Positions 1 through 14,700 of a DNA stretch of 64,000 nucleotides are shown here, in pieces. Below the pieces are notes generated by a model. It did not search any database, had not been told where the DNA came from, and worked only from the letters and a program-made list of their open reading frames with translations. Source of the DNA: Chrysomallon squamiferum (taxonomy: Eukaryota; Animalia; Mollusca). Positions within the stretch are counted from its first letter, which is position 1; each line of letters begins with the position of its first letter. The stretch lies in the NCBI GenBank assembly GCA_012295275.1, contig CM022678.1, forward strand, positions 14,384,001 to 14,448,000, read 5' to 3'. The position numbers were made by a program, and so were the translations under genes.

Positions 1-460
1 GACAGCCTCACCTGTTCACAAGTAAAGTCTATTTCAGAAAACACTGACAGTAAACATTACATTTAACACTTAACTATACAATATTATTCAGTACTATGAA
101 CTCAAAACGTCACTAAATATTATTAGTTATTACTATTAAGGAAACAAGAGTATCCTGCTTAACTCAGCTTGCATACTGTGACTGACCATTTAAAATGATT
201 CATTGGATGAATCACTGTGTGCAAGCTGTATAGCATAACATTCAATTATGTATAAATCTATAAATAGCACAGAAATCACCCAAATCATGACACATAATTA
301 TTGAGAGCTCAGACTGGTCTCATTCTTTAAAATAAAACCAAACTATTTTGTTTTCTATTAACATGTGAATACCATAGAAAAAACATTAAATTACATTCAT
401 TCTACTATGGATGTTAAAATAATTATTTAATTGTCTAGATACCTTTATATATATTTATAC

Positions 461-510
<50 letters not shown>

Positions 511-1654
511 ATTGTTATTATGTTCATCGCTTTTTGGTTATTTATAAAGAAAATAAAGCACAGACACAAACAACAATATAATTAAAAAGATATTACTAAC
601 AAATGTGTTCAGTGCATATCTCAAGTAATATTTACAGGATTACTTTAGATACAGTGTTTGTATGTGTGATTATATGTATTTATTTATGTATCTGTGTATG
701 TTTATTGACAGAAAGGACGCATTAAATGAATTAATTTTAAAAACATATACATTCATTTAACTATATATGAAAATAAATGTTTTAAATTAAAATATTCAGG
801 TTTTATTTACAGAAAGGTTTTATAATAATTTTTATTAAAATGTATATAATTTCCAAGTTTTATTAGCAGTACTTAATTTGAATAAGTGAAGCCTGTTTTT
901 GTTTTCCTAGTTATCACAACAGAAACTTTAATTATCCAAGATGGCAATACTTTTTACACATTAACAAGACTAACACTTCTTTTTGTTAATATTAATTTTA
1001 TTGATAGCTCTGATATGACTACTTTTCTTTTACCCATGTTTCCTTTCTGTCCTTTCTCATGGAAAATATATATATATATATATATATACAGACACATACA
1101 TTTATATCTTAAATATGACTGACATGTCATCAGTCTGATCACAAAGTATAACATCGAACATATTTTTAAATAAAATACATTTGATTTAGAAATACTGAAA
1201 TAAAATAAAATTACATCTTCTACAAATTATCTTTTGTCAAAATTGCATATTATTTCTCAGGTAATAAATTAAAAAAATAATACTGAAAATGTGTTGGCAT
1301 TTGCTTTTAAAAATGTTTCTATTTTAAACAACATTGTAGTAAAAAAGAAATTAATTAGAATCATTTTTAATATCACCTCCTATTTCTACATGTTTAATTT
1401 TTAGTATCAGTCACAACACAGCTGTAAGCAGACAGTTAACTGATAAGAATATTGCATATGAGACATTTTGATCACTAACTCTTATCACATTATCAGTTAC
1501 ATATCATGTTAGATAATTATAACTAAAGCAAATTCTAATTAGAAATATCTTTCTTAATTAGTAGCAAAATAGAAACAAATTATCTAAATTATGCACTTGG
1601 AATGCATGGCATTCCTATTCTTATCACACTGTTTCACACAATTAAAATTCTTAC

Positions 1655-2373
1655 ACTCTGCAACTCATTATTCGTGGCTGGATCATGACACCGCTGTCTC
1701 CTGGAGACGGTATGTTAGCTGTTAGAGAACGCTGACTGAAGTCTGGTTGTGATCTTGATAAGTTGCCCTTGCCAAAGAAACCCTACAAGTGAAAAGAAAA
1801 TATATTGATTATTTTTTTCAAAAAATACAATATAAAGAAATAATAAAATTAATATCAAATATTTTCAAATGAAATGTTTTAGATTACTTGTAATAATTTA
1901 CTATTTGAAAAGATAATTAGTGAAATAATTTATTGCATTAATATCTTTTATTACAATGAGATTGTTTTATTGCTTTATTTTCCTTTTCATACTAGGTAAC
2001 TATTATATGAACAGTAGTGTCACTGTTGCTTTTACTTTCCTGTCTATAGAAAATATTATTTAATTATTATCACTGAAAAAATCCAAAGAAAATGTCTGTT
2101 TTTTTCACTATCATATCTGACATCTGCAATCATCAATAAAAGCATTTAACCATTAAAATATATAAATATATATATAAATTTTCAAATTACCATTTTGTAT
2201 AAGAAGTTCATATCACCAGGATGTTTCACAATGATAGAAGTCCCACACAAATCTCCAGTATAATAAAACCAGTGCTCAGAACCTACTGCTTCCCCAGTAA
2301 TACTCAAAATAGGAACAGGGAATGGAGATTCTTTTGAAAATCGCACTCTTCGTTTCTTGCGGGGTGGTGGCAT
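1655..2373 (-). CDS. TSEN2: tRNA-splicing endonuclease subunit Sen2, first two coding exons (gene continues toward/beyond window start)
   Basis: Exons 2373-2191 (MPPPRKKRRVRFSKESPFPVPI...IIVKHPGDMNFLYKM, phase 0) and 1782-1655 (GFFGKGNLSRSQPDFSQR...PRIMSCR) have GT-AG ends. They match the Sen2 N-terminus as I recall it (PKRKRR..ESPLPIP...LY.KGYFGKGILSRS.P). Downstream exons could not be resolved. Confidence 0.85.
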
Positions 2374-2459
2374 ATTTGCTCAAACAAACTTTTATTAGTA
2401 GAATGGATAACTCACTTGTAATGAAAAGATATTTCTTATATTATATATTATAATAATAC

Positions 2460-2498
<39 letters not shown>

Positions 2499-2662
2499 TA
2501 AACATCTTGATTTATAATAGCATTTAATTACATATTCAAAATGAATAATTTTTTTCAAAAGCTGTGTAAGATGGAAATATTTTTTCCTCTTAAGTAATTG
2601 TGTTTCAGAAATTCCTAATATGCTTTAAACAAAACAGTATATTTATAATTTATATCTTAGGA

Positions 2663-3564
2663 CAGTGGTTCTCAACCTTTTTTTGCCAACAGCACACCTT
2701 GGAACACATGTAAAAATAGTGGCACACCTGGTTAAATATATATGAAAAATATTTGAAGTTTGCAAAATAAATACATGGCATGTCATAAACAGCATACAAC
2801 TGTAACTAAAGTTCAATGTTGGAAGAATGATTTATGAAAGGATCTCTAGTCCAGTCATACTTTTCTGTCTTTAATGATGGAAAGTAATTGTTGATGCTTT
2901 CAGCCAGGGCTGTCAGATGTGTAAACATAATAGGGGTCATTTCTGTAATGCAGGTAGAATGCAATACAGGGAACATATCAAGATTGCCAGTCATTGCTCT
3001 TTTTTTCCAAATCATAGTTTTCTTTTTGAGGGCAACTATCTCGTATGTTGAAGTGAGAATATTTTCATTTTTACCTTGCATACTACTGTTTGTTTTATTT
3101 AGTTCACTAAATATTTCTGTTAGGTATTCCATTTTAGACATCCAAAATTCGCAACTAAGGTCATAACAGAATTTCTCCTGCTTTTCCTGGATAAAAAATG
3201 ATAGTAATTCCTTGTGCAGTTCGTGAACACGATTTAGTACTTTGCCTTTCGACAACCAGCGAACCTCGGTGTGCATTAATAACTTAACATGCTGGGTCCA
3301 TCTCCTTGCACAGTTGTTCAAATAATCATGACTTCAATGGTTTACTTTTTATATAATTGACCATTCCAATAACTTGATGTAACACAACCTTTAAATCTTC
3401 CTGTGATATTTTTGAAACAAGAACTTCTCTATGTAGAAAGCAATGAGTATGAATGAGATTTGGATTTTCTTTTTCTACAAAATTTTGCAGCATACTTAGA
3501 AAGATCTCAGATCTGGATTTTCTCTTTCTACAAAATTTTACGGCACACTGGTTGAGAATCACTA
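2663..3564 (-). mobile_element. Non-autonomous, internally deleted hAT (Buster/Charlie-type) DNA transposon
   Basis: TIRs CAGTGGTTCTCAACC (2663) and GGTTGAGAATCACTA (3550-3564) match at 13/15. A perfect 8-bp TSD, TCTTAGGA, lies at 2655-2662 and 3565-3572, with the central TA typical of Buster elements. The internal transposase fragment (HCFLHRE...VNYIKSKPL, HTEVRWLSKGKVL) is broken by a stop and a frameshift. Confidence 0.93.
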
Positions 3565-3970
3565 TCTTAGGAGAATACTTAAAAGAATTTAAACTCAGTT
3601 TCACTTTTCACTTGCATTTAGCACTAACTTATTGTTCATAAATTTTAAAATAAATATATGACAAAAATAATAAATGATTACAAAAAGTAATAGCTATTTT
3701 ATTAAGAGATGACATTAAAAAAATAAAAAATTAATTTTTAAAATGGAATTCATTGGGTTTTATTTTATTATTTTCTTTTTCTTTAAATTTTGTTGTATTT
3801 TCTTTCGTTTATGTTTCTCCCCATTTGTATCTGGGTTATGATTATTTATTGACATTTTCTTTCTTTCTTTCTTAATTCTTATTTAAGTTATTATTACATT
3901 GTCATTAGTCTTCTTTAGTTCTGCTCAAGTTATTATTTATATTATTTATTATTTCAGATATGTGAACGAT

Positions 3971-4590
3971 CGGAAGTAGTTCCAAATATTTACAGAAGGG
4001 AAGGGTTCAGTTTATATTTCTTAATTCACTTGACCTAAAATATTAATATATTTCTAATTCAAGGAAAGCAATATGTTATTACATCGAACGTAAATATGAA
4101 AATAATAATATTAACACATGACTAATTGACTTCCGGTGAAATATTCTTATTTTGTATTTTATATTAAAAAAGTAAAATGTACAGAATTTCAGTTAATAAT
4201 ACCACTGATTAAGGTAGTTATTATTATTATTTATTTATATATTTTTAAAAAGCAATAAAAGTAAATAAAACAAAAATGAAAAGCAGACAAATAGTTTACT
4301 TACGACTAATTTGTACCACCAACATTAATCGTCTGCATTTAACAAAACGAGTTGTCCCCCTTCTGTTGTAATATTTATCTGTAGTCCGAGTTTGATAGGT
4401 CTATAGAATAACACTGAATACTTAATAATTAATATATGTAATACGTTAAAACATTAATTATTCGTGGTTATATATTAATTAACACTAATTTTATTTTGAT
4501 AATCAGATATGAATCATGCTACTACTTTTACGAGAGTCTTACGATCAGCATAAGAACAGAAATAGTTTTAAATCGTTACGGTAAGCAAAA
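3971..4590. promoter_or_regulatory. Putative bidirectional TSEN2/NAPRT promoter region
   Basis: The two genes are head-to-head and the region is locally CpG-richer. ETS-type motifs CGGAAGT (3971) and ACTTCCGG (4129) are present. Outward-facing strong donors, GTAAGT on - (4303-4298) and GTAAGC on + (4581), suggest 5'UTR exons on both sides. Confidence 0.4.
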
Positions 4591-5020
4591 CACTTAGTGC
4601 TGTACCATCGTCATGTGATATTGCCTAATATGATTTTGTATTCCAATGGAAGCCGATTAAGGACCAGAACGTTATAAAATCCATTTTTTTTTTTTTTTTT
4701 ACAGTACATTAATTTAAAAAGCATCACGACATCTCACACAAAAGAACATATTTTTATTTAGTTTCGCATGGCATATAAATCCAGTCTTAACAAAGCGTTG
4801 GAAAAGTGAGAAAAAAAAGAATAAGTAAATAATTACAATTAAAAATGACCAGTTTGCTCTAAATACATCAACCAAATTCTTCTATTTAAAGATGTTGAAC
4901 AGTAAATAAAAAGGTAATATTAATTTATTTTTAATGTTTTATTACGACATTATCATATGGTCTTTACTCTTTCTTTCTTTCCTTTATTTTATTATTATTA
5001 TTGTAATGGTTGGTGTGGGC

Positions 5021-5062
<42 letters not shown>

Positions 5063-5363
5063 TCAATAATAGTTCACGATTCCATTCAAAAAAAAAAAAA
5101 AAAATTAAGGTTTCTACATTCAAAACTCTGGCCTACATTTGGGTACTCTGTTCGGAAATATTTAGCATTTAATAAATGCATATAAGACAGAAATCATTTA
5201 TTTTATTATATTTTTATTTATTTACTTTTTAACGTTCTGCGCATGGTTTTCTGACATGTCCTGTAATACAAATCAATATTCTAGGTGTACGTTCTAATGA
5301 AAGTAAAACATTGACTGGTACTTGTTTCATATTTCATAAGTAAGCAACAGTCTATATTCAAAG

Positions 5364-8300
5364 ATGTCTCAGCTGAATGTTGACAAACCAGATCTTGTCC
5401 AGTATAAAGGAACAGGAGAAAGGAATGGTATTATTCGAGCTTTATTGACTGGTAAGATTTATTAATTTTATATAATTCTATAACCGAAGAAAAACCAAAT
5501 ACAATTTATGATTGATGCATTATGACAAATGCATCTCATAATTCAGGTTAATATATAATACTTAATAGATACTTTCACTTTCGAATTCCCTCTGATTTGA
5601 GTCATATTGTATGCTCTAAAAAATTATTTAAAAAGATGCACCTGATAATTCAGGTTAATACATAATACTTAATAAATTCTTTCACTTTCGAATTACCTCT
5701 GAATTGAATCGTATTGTATGCTTTAAAAAGTATTAAAACAAATGCATCTCATAATTCAGGTTAACACATAATATGTAATATATAGTTTCACTTTCGAATT
5801 CCCATTGAAACTAATCATATTGTATGCATTAAAATGGATATTTATTTTGTTTTGTTTTTTTATGTATTTTTTTTTTTTTTTTTTTTTTTACTAACCAGTT
5901 ACCTTTGATCTATAAATATACACACTGCTGAAATGTTTTATTTTTTATTTATTATTATTTTTCTTTTTCTTTTGCACTTTACTCTTAATTACAGAATATG
6001 ATTTATTAGTGCATAGGTAAAAACTAAAATTTGTTGGTTACTTTAAAAAGACAAAAAATAAATAATAAAAATAAAAATAAAAATAAATAAAATATATCTA
6101 ATTTAAAAAAAAAAAAAAATCTTTTACTCAATGTAAAAACCACAACATCACATAAAGAAACCGAAATATCTTCTATTAAATTGTTGTCTGAATATAAACC
6201 AAAATATCCTGTTGTAGTAAATTGATGTTTTCAGAAAAGGTCATCCATGTGTTTACCCCATATAAATAATTATTCTGTTTTATTTTCAGACCTCTATGAA
6301 ATCACAATGGCTTATGCTTACTGGAAAAGTGGGAAAATGAACAGTGTTGCAACATTTGATTTATATTTTCGAAAGAATCCTTTCTCAGGAGAATTTACTA
6401 TATTTGCAGGATTGGAAGAATGTATGAGATTTTTAGAGAGTTTCCATTTTTCTGACTGTGGTAAGATCCAGTTATATAAACAGAAGAATGAATTTATATC
6501 ATACAGAGTACCTCAGCTGCAGATTGGGGTCCAAAATTTTTGCACAGAAAACTTATAAAGGCCTCCACTCAAACAGTTCCAAAAAGGCCCACCTATCCCT
6601 CAAACATAGTCAAAGGAATGAAAAAAGCAGAGATCTTAAATATTATTTAAAACTTCACTATCTGTTTTATACATTCATTTTTATGTGTTTTATTTTATTT
6701 GCAAGGTGATGAACTATGGAACATTTATTACATTTCTGGTGGAGTTGGTGGGGGGGAGTGTTATCTCTACTGGAGTGCTTTAAGAAACTAAATTAAATAT
6801 TATTTCAGTTTTGTTTAAAAAAAAAAAAATGTGTGTATGTGTGAGTTTAACCATTTGTAACACACAAACACACATTAACACACTAATACCTTTGACATGA
6901 TATAAGCTCTAGCAGTAAAAGACAAAGATAGAAACATTCTGGATAAACCATATTTAAAAACACTTTTTTATTAAATCATAATCTTGTTACAGTGAATTAT
7001 CAGTCATATATTATTTATTTATTTATTTAGACTGTCTTGTTTTATCTGTAACAGCTGCAGATATTTCCCTTAATTAATTCAACATACTGGCAAAATGTGC
7101 AAACAGCAATGTAAAAGCAAAAGAATTAATAATTGCTATTTACATCAAATTTTTATATTATTGGCACAGTATCTTTTGTCCCAAAATGTGTTCTTGTTTT
7201 GTTCTCAGTTACAGTATATATCTGTTTTACCTTCTGTTGTTTCTGTATTTGCACACACACACACACACACAATAAATGTCTTAATGAGCATTTATGTACA
7301 TTGCAAATGTGTTTAATTATTTTTATTTTTTTATCTCTTATATGTATGTGTATGTGTGTGTATATATATATATATCCTTCGATAAATATGTATATGTGTG
7401 TGTGTGTGTGTGTGTTTATTTATTTCTACATGTTTGTGTGTGTCTGTGTGGATATTTATGTATACATGTTTATATATATATAAATACATATTATATGTAT
7501 ATGTATGTATTGTACATGTTTATATTTATAGTCATACATAATAAAGACCTATCTCTATGTTTCAGATATAGCTTATTTAAAAACAGTTTTGCCAAGTTCA
7601 ATAGAACCAGAATTTTATGAATACCTTGCCAATTTAACAACAAATGAAGTGACTGTGTTTGCTATAGAAGAAGGGACCATTGTGTTTCCTAAAGTACCAC
7701 TTCTTATAGTGCAAGGACCTCTTGCTGTTGTGCAGCTGATGGAAACACCTTTACTCAACCTCATTAATTATGCCAGGTAACAAAGTGATTTGATGGTTTT
7801 CTCCAAAACTATTCATGATTATTAAATTTCATTTTAATTGTATTATTAAAATATTATTTCAGTTTAGTTGCAACAAATGCCATGAGGTTTAGGTTAGCAG
7901 CAGGACCAAATAAACAGTTGCTGGAATTTGGATTAAGACGAGCGCAGGGACCGGATGGAGGACTGTCAGCCTCACGATACTGTTATCTCGGTGGTAGGTC
8001 GCTTTGTCTTCTAAATGTGTGATTACTCTGTAGATGTAAGTAATGTTTTTTTTTATTCTAATTGTGTGTAAACATCTGTATCATTAGTACTAGTAAGTGA
8101 TGTATTGGTCTGTAATGATGACAAGTCAGACTAGTTGACTTTCTGCATTTGTTGAAGTTTTTTAATAACTGTCACAAATCATATGTTTAATGTAAACACA
8201 GATGTCAGCATAAGAATGCAGCCAAGAAAAGAAAACATGTAACAGAAAAAAACAAGATAAATAACATTATGCTACATAATAGCAGCTAATGTGATAAACT

Positions 8301-11300
8301 TTGTGGTAATTCTGATGTGATAATGAATGTTATTGTAGGTAATAAAGGTAATAGAAAGTAACTGTGATGAACTGTAGTGCAAGTCAGTAATATTGAATGA
8401 ATTCTGCAGGTACCCATCAGAGGAATTCATTAAGATGTTTTTATTACAGGCTTTGATGGCACCAGCAATGTCCTGGCAGGCAAGATGTTTGGCATTCCTG
8501 TCAGAGGAACTCATGCTCATGCATTTATCACCTCTTTTGCCACACTTGAAGAAATAAAAGATAGGGTCAGTGTCTGCATGTCAGAAACATTACTTATAAA
8601 AAATATCTAATCTGTCTGCCTTTGTATATATATATTTTTTTTCATTATTTATTTATTTATTACTCCTTTTCTTTTTTTTTTACTGAATAATGACAAAAAA
8701 ATTCTTTATTATTCTTTACAATTTCCTAAGTAATTAGATAATAATAAACTTGTTTGTAGATGAGCAGAATGAATTATTAATGGCAAAGTTTCTTTTGGAA
8801 GTGACACTTACTGTAAAAACATTTTTAAATCTGATCAAAAAATATTTAGCAAATTTAATTAATTACCTTTTGTAAATATCAATCAGTGACTAATTTGGCC
8901 ATCATCAGAAAAAACCCAGGTAGCAGTTTAGTTGTTTACTTTTCACTTTAAAATTTTTGTAATTTGTTTTCTCATAGCTTTGTTACTGCCTGTCCAGTTT
9001 TTGTTGCTATTTAACAGAGTTTGTTGTTGGTTTAGACACTAAAATCAAGGGATGGTTCTCAAACAGTGGACTTTGTTGATTTGTGTTCAGAGTGGAGAGT
9101 GAAACTGTCACCTGTGTTAGGTTAGTACCAAAGTCTGATATCACAGTTCACTGAGTAGGTGTAGATCAGTGATCAAGAGTAATTGATTAAATTATAAAAT
9201 TGTAAAAAAAGTGAAAAATAAACTTTGTTTTTTAATGTTGCTGTAAAATAACTGTTATTGCTAGTTGAGATTAACTTATTTAATGGCTACATTTCTGAAA
9301 TATTTATAAAATAATTTCAGGTTTTCCAAGTGATCAGATCAGTGAAGGGGAACTGGCAGCATTTCTAACTTACGCTCAGGCTTTTCCCAATGGACTTGTA
9401 GCTCTCATAGACACATATGATGTGATCAGAACAGGTTTACCCAATTTTTGCATTGTTGCTATGGCACTACATCAACTTGGTTACCCGTGCAGTAGGAATT
9501 CGGCTGGACAGTGGAGATTTGTCATATCTTTCAACTGTAGTTAGACAGACATTTAAACTGATTGCTGAAACGTAACTATTAGTTTTCTAGTCTGTTTAGA
9601 AATTGGTCTGTCTTAATTTCAGTAACATAGTTAACATATTTCTCATAAATAAAATAGCATTTATCAATCTTTATATCAATCTTTGAATCTCTATCTTTTT
9701 ATCTGTCTATAAATCTGTTATCTATATATATATGACTCTATTTCTATTTGTGTGTATTTGTGTGTGTGTGTGTGTGAGAGTGTGTATTTGGATCTCTGTG
9801 TGTGTGACTATTTTTGTCTAACAAATAGTACTTTTTATTTTAGCCTCAGTTAAAAATTTAAATTTTTTTTAGTCCTCAAAAATGTTTAATGACTATTAAT
9901 TTGTATGTTTTGTTTGAAGGAAAATAACTTGCACTTTCAGATTTGATGTTCCATGGTTTGAGAAGTTGTTCATTGTGGCCAGCAATGATATCAATGAAGA
10001 AACAATCCACTCTCTCAATCAACAGGTGAGAAATCTACACATCTCTCATTCACAATTTTTTATGATTAGTAATCATTCTGAAAATCATTAGACAATGATT
10101 TTAATATTCATCTTCATTAAACTGCATTAAAATAAAACTGAATAAACCAGATGTATACTTCCTAATTTTCTTTACAATTTTGACATTTCCATTTAAACAA
10201 TCTATTTATTACAAGTATTATGACGGGTGGGAATATATTCATAAACTAAATTTGGTTCCAGATTTTAAAATTTGTTTTAATCATGTTCATCTGAGTGTTT
10301 TTACCTTGTACAGATGATTATCTCATTGTTTCCTTTTAGTGAACTGTATTTCCTAACAAAATCTAAATAACACATGTAAGAACTATTCAAGAGGGATTTA
10401 TCTTACCTTTTGTTATGAAATCATTGCATATAGTCAGTGAGGGATTCTTTAAGTATTTATAATGTACTGAATTATATCCCGTTTAAGCATCGTTTAAGCT
10501 CATTTTGGTTTTGATTTCAGTATACTGGAAGTGTAACATGTTTTAAGTTTATTTAAACTGTATTCTTCTGCAGGGACACGAGATTGACTCGTTTGGTATA
10601 GGGACTCATCTTGTCACTTGTCAGAAACAGCCGGCCTTGGGTTGTGTGTTCAAGGTTTGTTCATTTGTACACACATTCTTATTTTTTTCTGTTACACATT
10701 TTCTTTTCTTGGCTGCATTCTTATTCTGACATCTGTGTTTACATTAATTTGGTTAACACTGAGATTTATGTTGCAGCTGGTGGAGGTTGACGGCAAACCA
10801 AGAATAAAACTAAGTGAGGATGTGGATAAAGTAACTCTGCCAGGCAAGAAGATAGCATACCGTCTGTATGGACTGAAAGGTAAATCAGTTTTGATTATTT
10901 TTTTATTTTTACAGATTTGAAGCTTGAAAGTCCTTAAATATATTTGTAGTTTTTAGTTTATTTTGCAGGCTTGTTGGTTATGATTTTGAGGTGTTTTGAT
11001 ACCTTTTTAAAATTTCTTTGTGATTTTGTTGCAAATGGGAGTTTTGTATGTGTTAAAAAAAAAATTTAATTGTCAAAATGTAAGTCAGTGATAGTTTTTA
11101 ATACAAGTAATATTAAAATTTACAGATATTTTATATTACTTACCATCCACTGTTAGACTTCGTTTTATTAAGAGAAAATAGACATACCTGTATTTTATGA
11201 TTTTAGATTTATCTCGGTTTTATTTTATTTATTTAGTTATTTATTTATTTTAGAAAAACACACACTCTCTGCTGTGTATGTTCTCTCATATAATGTTCAT

Positions 11301-11658
11301 TAAACTGTGACAACAAGTGATGTCACTGTGACAGTGTGACAAATGCACAACTTATTTTTCACCATTTTCACAGGTTCTGATAAAAAAGACTCAGGTAAAA
11401 TTTGTTACATGTTTAAAATTGCACTTCATGTTTACCTAGTTCATTATTCCTGCTAGATTTTATAATAAAATGTCTGTAATATAAAAATATAGATTTGTGA
11501 TATAGGTATTTATAATTTTTAAATTTTGTTTATTTTATTCTTTTACGTTTTGTTTAATGCTATTTTTTTGTTTTATTCTTATCATATTTTTTTGGATGGT
11601 ATTATTCTTTATTTTATTTTATTTTATTTTATTTTATTTTATTTTATTTTATTTTATT

Positions 11659-11712
<54 letters not shown>

Positions 11713-14700
11713 AATTATCACATGTTAGTAAACACTGTTAGTTCCTGACAGCAGTTTGTACTGCATCTGCTGTAACAGAAGTCTGATATTGGCGCTTTCT
11801 AGTTAAACATTTGATTATAAATTCTAAAAATAACACAAATATTCTTAGACACATTAAGTACTCATTATAGAAAGTGTAATTCAGAAAATGTTTCGACTCA
11901 TAACAAAACAAAACAAAATAAAATTATAAACAAACAATATGGTATCATATTTTCTTATAAACACTAAATCTATTTTAAATAGTCAGACAAGTTTTAAATA
12001 ACATTTTGATATGTTAGACAAATTGCTTTTCCTGCAGTGTATTTTCACCTTTATTAGAATACAGTGTAAAATAATGTGTTTTGTGTTATTGTTATTATTA
12101 TTATTATTATTATTATTTACAATAATAATGAAATGGGTTTTGTGGATTTCCCTCTATTATGTTATACTTTTTTCTTTTCTTTTGTCTGAAATTTTTTCTT
12201 TTTTAAACAGTATTTTCTCAGTAAAATTAATATTACTTTTACAGTTTCCTTCTGACTCATTATTTCAAATTTTCTGGTTTGAAATTCAAGAGTTCACCAG
12301 TCACTTGATTTAGAAAGACTCCAGAGTGAGTCATATCATAAACTTTTGTAAATGAATGTCAAAATTAGTAACTGCATATGTTACTGTTTGACATGTTCTA
12401 TTAAAACAAGTGCTTAAGTTTTATAAATATTTAAATTTACAATTAAAACAGACCTTATGAGTATTAGATTGCTTGTGTACATGTCTGAAGTATGACTGTA
12501 TACAGTATTTCCAGTCAGTTTGTTTTACTTTGTATGTATATATGTATGTTAAATAATGTTGAAATATGTCTTTATATTTATAGAAAACATAGTTAAGTGT
12601 TAGTAAATGTTTAGTCTAGACTAGAGTTGTGTAATTAGTAATTATCTTATTAAACGAGTTATTGTCTTGAAGAGAGTGTATTTAAGAGTGGTCTGATTAG
12701 ATGGTGTTAGAAAAGCACATATATCCTGTGTGTCATTATAATCAGCCATTTGTGTTACAGCAATCAAAATATTGATATAAATTATTTAAATAAATATCTT
12801 GAAAACTAACTTTACAAATAATCAATCCAAGATGACTGTTTTCAAGGGCTGGATTTCAGAACCAAACTAGTCATTGAGTTTTTACTATTTATTTTTTTAT
12901 ACTATCATAGAGTCACTTAAATTATATATATATTTGAAATAAATATTTTAACCTGCAGTAGAAATGACATAATATTAAAGGAATATTATTGCAAGTGGCT
13001 ACGATACTGATATCTAATTTCATTGTCTCTCAGTAGATGAACATGAAAAGTGTTCAAACATGTTTATTATATTTTCTACTAGATTCAGAATTTTTTTTAA
13101 AAATAAAGCTGTAAAATATTCTTGTGGTGATATGAACAAATTCACTTTCTGTACTTCTGCCTTTCTAAAGCTGAATTAGAACAGAGTGAGGTTTTTAACT
13201 CAGTACTCATAAAAATTTAAACAACTCAAAATCTGGTACTTTAATTTGTGCTGGTGACTGAGAGATAATTTATAACCTACAAACATTTGTTTTTAGTCAG
13301 TAATCAGATAAATACACTGTAACTGCAGAAACTGAGTTTGTTTTCATGATACAAATAGATAAATCATTATTTAAAGGGACTGTGATGTAATAATGAATGT
13401 TATTGTTTATAATTTTATGGTTTACCTTTTTCTGTACAAATCACTGTGTTGTCAGTAAAAAAAAATATATTTAAAATAAATCAGTGTTTACTTGATAAAA
13501 TTATTTAATATATAAACAATGTTTACTTGGAAAAACTGTTTAATGTAAACCAGTGTTTACTTGGTAAAATAATTAATTAAAACAAATGTTTTGTTGGTTA
13601 ATCTACTTTTTAGATCAGAATTGTTTGGATCCCTGTAAGTTTTAGTTGTTATCAGATATTTTTGTTGTTTTGTCCTGTTACTTTCATTAACTAAATTCTT
13701 TCAGTTAAAATAAAAAAGAAACAAATTTATTTTTAGTTGTTTTTTTTTTTTTTTTTTTTTTGTCAGGAACCACAAAATTTTATTTACATTTTTATACATT
13801 TTCATTGTTGAAATTATTTATCATTACTTTTTAAATTACAAAATTTTAATAACATGCATGTTTTATTTGTTAGTTTATTGTAATAATTATTAAACTGATA
13901 ATTTTGTTTTTAAATGTATACTAAATTGCTTTCAAAGAAATGTTATTGAAATTATTTTAAAAAAAATTTTAAATTGTTTTATATCAAATATAATTAAAAA
14001 CAATTTTCAAAATTTGAAAATGATAAAAATACAAATATCTCATTATCTGAATAAAAGTATGACTGATCATGGAAGTTTAAAATATCTTGCTGAAATATTT
14101 ATCTAAAAAGATTTAATTATATTTTGTTAAAAATTTTACATCTTTTTAAGTTGATTATCAATAAAAAGCTTGACTTTATTACTGTAATGTAATTTTAACT
14201 AATTATTTAGATGAGATATCTTTGAAATATATGGTTTTTTTTAGTCCTGTACATTTATTATTATTATTTTTCATGAGATGTGGAATTAACAATAAAAATT
14301 ATATTGCTATGAAAGAAATACTATTTAGAATATCTTTTTCCCAATCCAGTCTGACTTTTTATTACAGACCATCTTTATATATATATATATATATATATTC
14401 CTTGTTGCTACTTCATAGTGGTAGACAAATAGAGCTATATCTAATTCATTTCATCATTTTACTGAAAAAAAACAGAATGTTCTGTTACATATAAAATCAT
14501 TATAAAAATTGCATAATTGAAAGTATTTATAGATTTTATTTTTCTTACAGGTAATGCATTGGTGGATTTAATCAAAAAACCAGAGGAGAGACCTCCAGAT
14601 GTAAATGAGAGAACACTCTGTCGTCATCCATTTCAGGTTTGTTACTTTTCCTTTATATCTTCTTGAAATTAGTTAAAAATTTAATTATTTTTTAGTCATT

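Noticed and set aside
1-60. Possible further TSEN2 exon near the window start (CAG|GTGAG on the minus strand)
   Set aside because: Could not be joined in frame to the phase-2 end of the 1782-1655 exon.
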